Of a DNA stretch of 64,000 nucleotides, positions 56,208 to 64,000 are shown piece by piece. Under the pieces are notes generated by a model. The model was not told the DNA's origin. It searched no databases and saw only the letters and a program-made list of their open reading frames with translations. Made by a program: the position numbers and the translations under genes. Origin of the DNA: an uncultured Gemmatimonadota bacterium (GTDB lineage Bacteria > Gemmatimonadota > Gemmatimonadetes > Palauibacterales > Palauibacteraceae). Location of the stretch: the NCBI GenBank assembly GCA_964465015.1, contig CAYXHP010000150.1:8424-72423 (forward strand). Reading direction: 5' to 3'. Every line of letters starts with the position of its first letter. The stretch's first letter is position 1.

Positions 56208-58148
56208 ATGACGACGCGAACCGACGTGAACGAGGACGCGCGGGAGACCGGGACCGTCCCGGACACCCTCGAGCGGTCCCTTGCGGACGATCGAACCGTC
56301 CACCGCCTGGATCAGCACATCGTCGAGATCGTCTCCGACTCGGGCGAGGGCGCCCAGACGTGCGGCAAGATGTTCGGCACGGTCTCGGCCCGGATGGGGA
56401 ACGGGGTCTGGACGGTCGAGATCATCCCGGCCGAGATCGAGCCCCCGGCGCGAAGCCCGGCCGGCGCCTCCGGCAACCGCATCCGCCTGGGCTCGCGAGA
56501 GGTCACGAACTGGGGCGACTATACGAACCTCGTCATCGCCTTCAACGAGCAGGTTCTCCTGGCGCGCCACCGGGCCGGCGCCCTGGCCCACGACGCCACG
56601 ATCCTCCTCGAGGACATGTGGAAGGACCACGATGATCCCGATATCCGCGCCGCGTGGTCGGCGGCCATGGAGGAGCTGGCGTCGGCCGACTACCGGATCA
56701 TCCCGGTCCCGATGGAGAGGGAGTGCCGCGAGGTCGTCGACGACCCGCGCCGCGGCAAGAACATGTTCGCGCTGGGCGTCCTGGCCTTCCTGTACGGGCG
56801 TGACCGCGAGCTCCTCGAGAAGGCCATCGCCCGGCGGTTCGCGAAGAAGGACGATGAGCTCACGAACCGCAACATCGAGCTCCTGGACCGCGGCCAGCGC
56901 TGGGCGGAGGCGCACCTGGACTTCGGCTACGAGATCCCGCCGACGCCCGACGACTCGGCCAAGGTGGTCATGAACGGCAACCAGGCCATCGCCCTGGGGG
57001 CCATCGCGGCGGGGATGGAGCTGGCGTCGATGTACCCGATCACCCCGGCCTCCTCCGTGTCCCACTATCTGGCCGAGATCTTCCAGGACTACGGCGGAAT
57101 CCTCCACCAGGCGGAGGACGAGATCGCCGCGGCGGGCGTCGCGATCGGCGCATCCTTCGCGGGGAAGACGGCCTTCACGATCACGTCCGGACCCGGAATG
57201 GCACTCAAGACCGAGTTCCTGGGCCTGGCGATCATGACCGAGACGCCGCTCGTGGTGGTGGATGTCCAGCGCGGCGGACCCAGCACGGGCCTCCCCACGA
57301 GGGTCGAGCAATCCGACCTCCTGGCGTCGCTCTTCGGCCAGCCGGGGGATGCGCCGCACGTGGTGCTGGCTCCGGCGACGATCGAGGAGTGCTTCCACTC
57401 CATGATCCTGGCCCGCCGGGTCGCGGAGACCTTCAGGGTCGTGGTGATCGTCCTCTCCGATGCCAACCTGGCCACCGGGGTGCAGCCCTTCGCGCGCCCC
57501 GTGCCCGAGCTCGAGTGGCAGGGCTCCCCGCCGGATCAGGGCGCGGTGCCCGACGACTCGCGACCCTACGACTGGGACCCGCGCACGGGCCTGTCGCGGC
57601 GCTTCGTGCCCGGCCAGGAGGGCGGACAGTTCACGGCCACGGGACTCGCCCACGACGAGGACAGTCACGTCGCCTACGACCCGCAGGTGAATCAGCGCTC
57701 GTCCCGCGCCCGCAGCCGGAAGCTGGCCGTCCTTCAGAGCACGCTGACGCCGCCGCCGATCCACGGCCAGGCGTCGGGCGACCTGCTCGTCGTCGGCTGG
57801 GGCTCGACCAGGGGGGCCATCGAGGAGGCGGTGGACCGGGCCCGGGCCGAGGGTCTCTCGGTCTCCTCGACGCACCTCACGTTCCTGTCTCCGCTGCCTC
57901 CGGGCCTCGGCGAGATGTTCTCGCGCTTCGGCCGGGTGATGACCGTCGAGATCAACTACAGCGACGAGCCCGACGACCCCTTCATCACGCCGGAGAACCG
58001 CCGGCGTGGGCAGCTGGCCTGGCTCCTCCGGGCTCAGACGCTGGTGGACGTGGACTGCTGGACCCGGGTGATGGCCGAGCCGCTCCGCCCGGGAAGGATC
58101 CTCGAGGTGATCCGGGAGCGGCTCGCCGGAACGGGAGGTGTGGCATGA
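56208..58148 (+). CDS. korA: 2-oxoacid (2-oxoglutarate):ferredoxin oxidoreductase, alpha subunit (fused gamma-alpha type)
   Basis: SDSGEGAQTCGKMF, VMNGNQAIALGAIAAG, YPITPAS and TSGPGMALK. Confidence 0.9.
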   Translation: MTTRTDVNEDARETGTVPDTLERSLADDRTVHRLDQHIVEIVSDSGEGAQTCGKMFGTVSARMGNGVWTVEIIPAEIEPPARSPAGASGNRIRLGSREVTNWGDYTNLVIAFNEQVLLARHRAGALAHDATILLEDMWKDHDDPDIRAAWSAAMEELASADYRIIPVPMERECREVVDDPRRGKNMFALGVLAFLYGRDRELLEKAIARRFAKKDDELTNRNIELLDRGQRWAEAHLDFGYEIPPTPDDSAKVVMNGNQAIALGAIAAGMELASMYPITPASSVSHYLAEIFQDYGGILHQAEDEIAAAGVAIGASFAGKTAFTITSGPGMALKTEFLGLAIMTETPLVVVDVQRGGPSTGLPTRVEQSDLLASLFGQPGDAPHVVLAPATIEECFHSMILARRVAETFRVVVIVLSDANLATGVQPFARPVPELEWQGSPPDQGAVPDDSRPYDWDPRTGLSRRFVPGQEGGQFTATGLAHDEDSHVAYDPQVNQRSSRARSRKLAVLQSTLTPPPIHGQASGDLLVVGWGSTRGAIEEAVDRARAEGLSVSSTHLTFLSPLPPGLGEMFSRFGRVMTVEINYSDEPDDPFITPENRRRGQLAWLLRAQTLVDVDCWTRVMAEPLRPGRILEVIRERLAGTGGVA

Positions 58149-59110
58149 GCACCGCGGCCTGCTCCCTCCTCCGCATGTCGGTGGAGGAGGACCGGTCCTT
58201 CGAGCTGGATGACTACATCGGGCCGCTGGCGCGCTGGTGTCCGGGGTGCGGCGATCACTCGGTGCTGGCCGCCGCACAGCGGCTCCTGCGCGAAGAGCAG
58301 CTGGCCCCCGAGAAGACGGTGTTCGTCTCCGGGATCGGCTGCTCGGGGCGGTTCCCGCACCACCTGGGCACGTACGGCTTCCACGGGATCCACGGCCGGG
58401 CCCTGCCGCTGGCCACGGGCGTCAAGCTCCAGCGGCCCGACCTGGCGGTGTTCGCGGTGATGGGCGACGGCGATTGCGCGTCGATCGGGGCCGGGCACTG
58501 GGTGCACGCGGTCCGCTACAACACGGACCTGGTCGCCCTCATGCTGGACAACCACATTTACGGCCTGACCAAGAAGCAGACCTCGCCCACCACTCCGCAG
58601 GGCTATCGGACCAACACGCAGCCGCACGGCAGCTACCTGCCGGCGCTCAATCCCCTGACGGCCACCCTGGGAATCACGAACGCGTCGTTCGTGGCCCAGA
58701 CGGCCGAGTGGATCCCGCAGCATTTGCAGGCCACGCTGCGAGCCGCGTATCGCCACCGGGGCTTCGCGTTCGTCCGCATCCTCCAGCGCTGCCCGCATTA
58801 CACGCTGTCCATGTTCATCGATGCGGTGCGCGACCCCGAGAAGATCGAGCTCCTGCTCCACGAGGACGGCGTCCAGGTGGACGGGCTCGAGAAGATCTAC
58901 CAGCACGTCCGGACGCACGACCCGTCCGACCTGGACTTCGCGCGGCGCCTGGCGGAGGAGGACTCGGACCCCGAGCGCCCCATCCGCCTGGGCGTCTTCT
59001 TCCGTGACCCGTCCCGTCCCGTGTACGACCAGGTCCGCCGGGTGGCCTCGCGCTCGGCCGGAGAGAAGGTCGAACTGCTGAACCGGGAGCTGGATCGCCA
59101 TGCCATCTGA
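58145..59110 (+). CDS. korB: 2-oxoacid:ferredoxin oxidoreductase, beta (TPP-binding) subunit
   Basis: ATGA overlap with korA. WCPGCGDH, SGIGCSGR and VMGDGDCASIG. Confidence 0.9.
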   Translation: MSTAACSLLRMSVEEDRSFELDDYIGPLARWCPGCGDHSVLAAAQRLLREEQLAPEKTVFVSGIGCSGRFPHHLGTYGFHGIHGRALPLATGVKLQRPDLAVFAVMGDGDCASIGAGHWVHAVRYNTDLVALMLDNHIYGLTKKQTSPTTPQGYRTNTQPHGSYLPALNPLTATLGITNASFVAQTAEWIPQHLQATLRAAYRHRGFAFVRILQRCPHYTLSMFIDAVRDPEKIELLLHEDGVQVDGLEKIYQHVRTHDPSDLDFARRLAEEDSDPERPIRLGVFFRDPSRPVYDQVRRVASRSAGEKVELLNRELDRHAI

Positions 59111-60128
59111 ACAGCAGGTGGACCGGGCCCTGTCCGCGCTGAGGAGCTCGATGGAAGGGTTCCGCTCCGGCGTGGCCCGCGCCGTCGACGAAGTGAGGAC
59201 CGAGCTCGAGAAGCGCCGGCGACCCGAGGAGGGCCGGGCGAGCGACGCCGAGCTCGGCGCCCTCGCGGCCCGGCTGGTGGACGCGGACCGCTTCGCGGCC
59301 CTCTTCGCCGAGGAGAGCCTCCTCGACCCGGAGGCCTACGAGCTCCTCGAGCGGGCGCACGAAGCCCTTTCCGCGCTCGACGCGGCCGACGACCGGGTCT
59401 TCGTCGAGGAAGTCCGGCCGGACGCGAGCCTCCGCGACGCGGTGGAAGCCGGGCTGGCGCGCCTCGGCGTGGCTTTCGGAGCGGCCCGCGTGGCCGAGCT
59501 GGCCCGCGAGGGGCGCCACCGGAAGGAGGCACACGCCGAGCACCTGGCGGCCTTCCCGCCTGCCGACTGGAACCGCGCCGAACGTGGCGTGGCGCCGCCG
59601 CTGGTGGTCCGGACGCCGGGAGCCGCGCTTCGGGCCGGCGCACTGGCCGAGTTCGTGGACGGCACGCAGAAGCTGGTGCTGGTGGTCGAGGGAGCCGCGC
59701 CCCCGGCCGCGCTCGTCCGCCTCGTCACGCCGGGCGTGTTCATCCTCCAGACCGAGGACCCGACGGAGCTGGAGCGGATCGACGGCTTCGCGGGTCCCGC
59801 GGTGGCCGCGCTCTTCCCCGAGCGCTCGGGCGCGGCACTGTTCGCGCACGATCCGTCCCCCGACGATGGGCTGACCGCGCGGCTCGTGATCGGCGATCTG
59901 CCCGATCGTCAGGACCTCCGACCCATCGGCCCGATCGGGGTGTCCCAGCAGGCCGAGGAGCTGGCGCAGCTGGCCACCCTCGCAGCCGCGCCGGAGCCGG
60001 CGCGCGTCGCCGCTCCATCCGCCGATGGCCACGCGGATGGGGCCGTCGCGGGGAGGCTCGAGGTCCAGCCCGCCGACCGGCTCGCCGCGTGGCTCCTCCG
60101 CCAGGCCAACCTGCGGGACCTGGGCTGA
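59100..60128 (+). CDS. Hypothetical protein, no recognisable domain
   Basis: GGGAG RBS. The ATG overlaps the korB 3' end by 11 nt. 342 aa, Ala/Glu/Arg-rich, no TM segment and no Cys motifs. Coding status rests on its tight operon position. Confidence 0.55.
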   Translation: MPSEQQVDRALSALRSSMEGFRSGVARAVDEVRTELEKRRRPEEGRASDAELGALAARLVDADRFAALFAEESLLDPEAYELLERAHEALSALDAADDRVFVEEVRPDASLRDAVEAGLARLGVAFGAARVAELAREGRHRKEAHAEHLAAFPPADWNRAERGVAPPLVVRTPGAALRAGALAEFVDGTQKLVLVVEGAAPPAALVRLVTPGVFILQTEDPTELERIDGFAGPAVAALFPERSGAALFAHDPSPDDGLTARLVIGDLPDRQDLRPIGPIGVSQQAEELAQLATLAAAPEPARVAAPSADGHADGAVAGRLEVQPADRLAAWLLRQANLRDLG

Positions 60129-60135
60129 GGCGACC

Positions 60136-61062
60136 ATGCAGCTGACCGCGGTCCTCGTCCCCATCGGTATCCTGACCGGGATCGGCGTCCTCCTGGGCGC
60201 CACCATCGCGGTGGTGAACCGGAAGTTCTGGGTGTGGGAGGACCCGCGCATCGACGAGGCCGAGGCCATGCTCCCCGGCAACAACTGCGGCGCCTGCGGC
60301 CAGCCGGGCTGCCGGGCGTTCGCCGAGGGACTCGTGGCCGGGCGCATCGCGCCGGCCGAGTGCACGGTGATGGGTACCGAGGAACGGGACGCGGTGGCCT
60401 CCTTCCTGGGCGTCGAAGCCGGGGAGGCCGAAAGGCGGGTGGCGCGCCTCCTGTGCGCCGGCGGCTCGAATGTCGCCCCGCGCAAAGCCATCTACGAGGG
60501 CACCACCAGCTGCGCCGCGGCCGTGGCCGTGACCGGCGGCGGAAAGGCGTGCCCCTGGGGGTGCGTCGGGCTGGCCGACTGCGCGATCTCGTGCGACTTC
60601 GACGCCATCCGCATGAGCGACGTCGACCTGCCGGTCGTGCAGCCAGACCTGTGCACGGCCTGCGGCGACTGCGTCGAGGCGTGCCCACTGGACCTGTTCG
60701 TCCTCATGCCGATGAGCCAGCGCCTCATCGTCCAGTGTCGCAGCCTGCTGGAGGGCCAGTCCGCGACCGAGCTGTGCGCGGTGGCCTGCGATGCCTGTGG
60801 CCGCTGCGCGATGGATGCCCCGGACCTGATCGAGATGCGGGGCGGGCTGCCGGTCATCGACTACTCGAAGAACGACCTCGCGAGCCCGGCACCCACCGCC
60901 CGCTGTCCGACGGGCGCGATCCGCTGGGTGACCGGCCGCCAGTTCGAGATGGAACCGGTGGCGGACGGGGACGGATCCTCTTCGATCGACGCGGACGGGG
61001 CGATCCCGATCCGGACACGCGAGATCGGCCGACGCTCACGCGCGGCGGCCGGAACCAACTGA
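60136..61062 (+). CDS. RnfB-like membrane-anchored polyferredoxin
   Basis: N-terminal TM helix. CGACGQPGCRAFAE (RnfB Fe-S domain). Multiple 4Fe-4S motifs (CTACGDCVEACP, CDACGRCAMDAP, CPWGCVGLADCAISC). Confidence 0.85.
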   Translation: MQLTAVLVPIGILTGIGVLLGATIAVVNRKFWVWEDPRIDEAEAMLPGNNCGACGQPGCRAFAEGLVAGRIAPAECTVMGTEERDAVASFLGVEAGEAERRVARLLCAGGSNVAPRKAIYEGTTSCAAAVAVTGGGKACPWGCVGLADCAISCDFDAIRMSDVDLPVVQPDLCTACGDCVEACPLDLFVLMPMSQRLIVQCRSLLEGQSATELCAVACDACGRCAMDAPDLIEMRGGLPVIDYSKNDLASPAPTARCPTGAIRWVTGRQFEMEPVADGDGSSSIDADGAIPIRTREIGRRSRAAAGTN

Positions 61063-61076
61063 CGGGAGCGGTTGCC

Positions 61077-64000
61077 ATGATCTGGCCCAGGAAGAACGGG
61101 AGTGGCAGGGGATCGGTCGCGAGCGAGGGGCCGGCCGGGAAGGAGTCCAGGCGCGACCCGGCCGCGGAGCCCTCGGGGGCCGGATCCGCCCGGTGGGAAG
61201 AGACCGAGACCGGAGCCACGTCCGGAGAGCCCCGCTTCCCGGGTCACCTGATGGCCATGGACGGAAGCGAAGCCGTGGCCGCCATGGAGACCGAGGCCAG
61301 CGAAGCCGCGGGCGCCTACCCGATCACGCCGGCCACGCAGATGGGCGAGTACTGGGCCGCCGCCGTGGCCAGGGGCAAGACCAACGCCTTCGGCCGCCGC
61401 CTCATCTTCTTCGAGCCCGAGGGCGAGCACGCGGCCGCCGGGGTGACCGCCGGCCTGTCCATGTCCGGGCTGCGCTCGGCCAACTTCTCGGCCAGCCAGG
61501 GCATCGCGTACATGCACGAGTCCCTGTACGCCGCGGCGGGCAAGCGGCTCACCTACGTGCTCAACATGGCCTGCCGGGCCATGACCAAGCAGGCGCTCAA
61601 CATCCACGCCGGTCACGACGACTATCACGCCATCGACGATACGGGCTTCTTCCAGCTGTTCGCGAAGAACGTCCAGGAGGCCGCGGACCTCAACCTCATC
61701 GCGCACCGCATCGCCGAGCTGGCGCTGAACCCGGGCGTGCTGGCGCAGGATGGCTTCCTGACCAGCCACGTGATCGAGTCGCTCCGCCTGCCCGGGCCCG
61801 AGCTGGTGCGCGAGTTCCTGGGCGACCCGGCCGACCGGATTCCCTCCCCGACGCCGGCCCAGCGGCTGGTGTTCGGCGAGGAGCGCCGGCGGATCCCGAT
61901 CCTGTTCGACTTCGACTACCCGACCATGCTGGGCACCGTCCAGAACCAGGACGCGTACGCCCAGGGCGTGGCCGCCCAGCGGCCCTTCTACTACGACCAC
62001 GTGGCGGAGCTGGCCGATCGGGCCATGGAGGAGTTCTTCCGCCTCACCGGGCGGCGCTACGCCCGTGCCTCCGGCTACCGGCTGGAGGACGCCGAGTGGG
62101 TGCTGGTCGGACAGGGGAGCGTGGTCGGCAACGCCGAGGCGGTGGCCGACTATCTCCGGGCAGAGCGCGGACTGAAGGTCGGCGTGCTCGACATGACCAT
62201 GTTCCGTCCCTTCCCGGCCGATCTCGTGGCCAGGCTCCTCTCCGGCAAGAAGGGCGTCACCGTGCTCGAGCGGCTCGACCAGCCGCTGGCGGTCGATGGG
62301 CCGATCCTGAGGGAGGTGCGGGCCGCTCTTTCGAAAGCTTCCGAGAACGGTCGGGCGCTCGAGGCCCGCGCGCGGGGGCGGGGCGGACGGTGGTCCCGAG
62401 ACGACGCCGGCCAGCGGGGGCCCGGCGTTCCATCCGGCCCCGGCCTCCCGCATCGCGGTCTGCCCGCGCCAGGCCCCGACGAGCTCCCCGAGCTCTACGG
62501 CGCCGGCTTCGGCTTCGGGAGCCGCGACATCCAGCCCGGCGACCTCGTGGCCGCGGTGGAGAACATGCTCCCCGGGGCGCACGGCGTGCGGCAGTACTAC
62601 CTCGGTATCGACTTCCTGCGCCGCGGGACCCGCCACCCCAAGCTCCAGGTGTGGCAGGAGAAGCTCCTCGAGGGCTACCCCGACCTCGGGGAGCTGGCCC
62701 TCTCCTCCGCCGGCGACCTCGACCTCATGCCGGAGGGCTCGGTCTCGGTCCGCATCCACTCCGTGGGCGGGTGGGGCGCCATCACCATGGGGAAGAACCT
62801 CGCCCTCACCGCGTTCGAGCTCGCGGGCCTGAACGTGAAGGCGAATCCCAAGTACGGATCGGAGAAGAAGGGCCAGCCGACCACCTTCTACGCCACCCTC
62901 TCCCCCGAGCCGGTGCGCATCAACGCCGAGCTCAAGCACGTGGACGTGGCGCTCTCGCCCGATCCCAATGTGTTCGGCAACTCCGACCCCCTGGCGGGCC
63001 TTCGCGAGGGCGGCGCCTTCGTACTGCAGAGCGACCGGGAGCCCGGGGCGGTGTGGTCCGAGCTCCCGGCGGAGGCGCGGCGGCGCATCCTCCGGCGCCG
63101 AATCCGAATGTACGTCCTGGACGGGTTCCGGATCGCCTCCGAGGAGGCCTCGGACCCGAGCCTGCGCTACCGGATGCAGGGAGCGGCCTTCATGGGCGCC
63201 TTCTTCGCCGTCTCCTCGCTGGCCCGGCGCCAGGAGCTCGACGAAGAGACGCTGTTCGAGGGCATCCGCGACCGGCTCGCGGCCAAATTCGGCAAGCTCG
63301 GCGAACAGGTGGTGGACGACAACTTCCGGGTGATCCGGCGCGGTTACCGGGAGCTCCGCCAGGTCGAGCCCGACCTGGAGTCGGAGCCGATCGCCGAAGG
63401 GGCCATCGGCCGCGAGCTCCCGCTGGCGCCGATGCCAGCCGTGATGGCGGCGCCGGAGGCCGAGGAGGGGCTGGGTGACCCGGGCCGCTTCTACGAGCAG
63501 GTGTGCGCCCTGTACGCCGAGGGCGAGGACGGCATCGCCGACCCGTTCGCGGCTCTCAGCGCCATGCCGGCGGCCTCGAGCGCGCTCCGCGACATGACGG
63601 CGATCCGCTTCGAGGTGCCGAAGTTCGTTCCGGCCAACTGCACGGGCTGCAACAAGTGCTGGACCCAGTGCCCCGACGCGGCCATCCCCGGGCTGGTGAA
63701 CACGCCGGGCCAGATCCTGGATGCCGCCATCCGGGTGGCGACCCGCGAGGACCGGCCGCTGGACCGCATCCGCCAGGTTTCCCGTCACCTGGCCGCCGAG
63801 CTGCACTCCACGCTCGAGGCGGTACCGCTCGAGCACTTCGGGGACACCCTGCGGGCCTCCTACGACAACCTGGTCGCAAAGCTGGGGTGGGATCCGGAGC
63901 GCCGGGCCGAGCTGGACCGGGACTTCGCGGCCGTCTACGAGGTGGCCGCCGAGTTCCCGGTGGCCGTCACCGCCCCCTTCTGGCAGCTCCCCGAGTCCAG
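61077..64000 (+). CDS. Pyruvate:ferredoxin (flavodoxin) oxidoreductase, single-polypeptide PFOR/NifJ type (3' partial, runs off window)
   Basis: This frame is not in the ORF track because it has no stop within the window. My own translation from ATG 61077 (GGGAG RBS) gives ...MDGSEAVAAMETEASEAAGAYPITPATQMGEYW..., NMACRAMTKQALNIHAGHDDY, and later the same frame gives NCTGCNKCWTQCPDAAIPG (ferredoxin domain). Confidence 0.85.
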   Translation, partial: MIWPRKNGSGRGSVASEGPAGKESRRDPAAEPSGAGSARWEETETGATSGEPRFPGHLMAMDGSEAVAAMETEASEAAGAYPITPATQMGEYWAAAVARGKTNAFGRRLIFFEPEGEHAAAGVTAGLSMSGLRSANFSASQGIAYMHESLYAAAGKRLTYVLNMACRAMTKQALNIHAGHDDYHAIDDTGFFQLFAKNVQEAADLNLIAHRIAELALNPGVLAQDGFLTSHVIESLRLPGPELVREFLGDPADRIPSPTPAQRLVFGEERRRIPILFDFDYPTMLGTVQNQDAYAQGVAAQRPFYYDHVAELADRAMEEFFRLTGRRYARASGYRLEDAEWVLVGQGSVVGNAEAVADYLRAERGLKVGVLDMTMFRPFPADLVARLLSGKKGVTVLERLDQPLAVDGPILREVRAALSKASENGRALEARARGRGGRWSRDDAGQRGPGVPSGPGLPHRGLPAPGPDELPELYGAGFGFGSRDIQPGDLVAAVENMLPGAHGVRQYYLGIDFLRRGTRHPKLQVWQEKLLEGYPDLGELALSSAGDLDLMPEGSVSVRIHSVGGWGAITMGKNLALTAFELAGLNVKANPKYGSEKKGQPTTFYATLSPEPVRINAELKHVDVALSPDPNVFGNSDPLAGLREGGAFVLQSDREPGAVWSELPAEARRRILRRRIRMYVLDGFRIASEEASDPSLRYRMQGAAFMGAFFAVSSLARRQELDEETLFEGIRDRLAAKFGKLGEQVVDDNFRVIRRGYRELRQVEPDLESEPIAEGAIGRELPLAPMPAVMAAPEAEEGLGDPGRFYEQVCALYAEGEDGIADPFAALSAMPAASSALRDMTAIRFEVPKFVPANCTGCNKCWTQCPDAAIPGLVNTPGQILDAAIRVATREDRPLDRIRQVSRHLAAELHSTLEAVPLEHFGDTLRASYDNLVAKLGWDPERRAELDRDFAAVYEVAAEFPVAVTAPFWQLPES

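Noticed and set aside
60861-63836. 991-aa minus-strand ORF, and the 761-aa plus-strand ORF 61193-63478, both covering the PFOR region.
   Set aside because: Both are junk-like Arg/Gly-rich translations. The third frame, opening at ATG 61077, has no stop in the window and is therefore missing from the ORF track. Translated by hand it gives clear PFOR motifs (YPITPATQMGEYW, CTGCNKCWTQCPDAAIPG).
1-64000. Search for CRISPR arrays, IS elements/transposases, integrases, prophage genes, tRNA/rRNA genes and toxin-antitoxin or known defence-system genes.
   Set aside because: I saw no regularly spaced repeats, no transposase, integrase or phage-like ORFs and no tRNA-like cloverleaf candidates in the short intergenic regions. 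GC composition is uniform apart from small promoter-sized AT-richer patches. A covariance-model scan (tRNAscan-SE, Infernal) would be needed to exclude small RNAs formally.

Overview
This is a very GC-rich bacterial chromosomal segment. Third codon positions are dominated by G/C, so every strand carries long spurious Arg/Pro/Gly-rich ORFs. The gene content (BNR/sortilin-like, DUF5916 and TPR lipoproteins) would fit Gemmatimonadota or a similar phylum, but that is inference only. I found no rRNA, tRNA, CRISPR array, transposase or integrase, so it reads as core genome rather than an island.

I can support about 50 CDSs. Many are linked by 4-nt ATGA/GTGA start/stop overlaps that define operons. 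The main blocks are:
- A conserved but functionally unknown MoxR/DUF58/DUF4350/DUF4129 membrane cluster with a convergent RDD-SpoIIM fusion.
- A textbook fluoride riboswitch, then crcB and a DUF190 gene.
- A solute-binding lipoprotein / histidine kinase / sigma54-activator operon. Next to it sits a good -24/-12 promoter with a perfect 16-bp palindrome about 100 nt upstream.
- purE-purK translationally coupled to a Rieske ferredoxin and an FA2H-like membrane hydroxylase.
- An EAL phosphodiesterase divergent from a putative barrel / HEAT / processive GT2 exopolysaccharide module.
- A desaturase, a CFA synthase and ackA.
- A two-gene operon encoding a monohaem cytochrome c fused to a putative outer-membrane barrel, plus a pentahaem cytochrome.
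- A Pcm / erythromycin-esterase-like fusion.
- Two convergent paralogous Cys-rich small proteins.
- A korA-korB-unknown-RnfB-like-PFOR operon that runs off the 3' end.

The most novel candidates are the fused cytochrome-barrel conduit, the Cys-rich paralog pair, the uncharacterised EPS module, the Rieske/hydroxylase coupling and the sigma54 regulon architecture. All domain calls come from motif recognition by eye. No database search was run.
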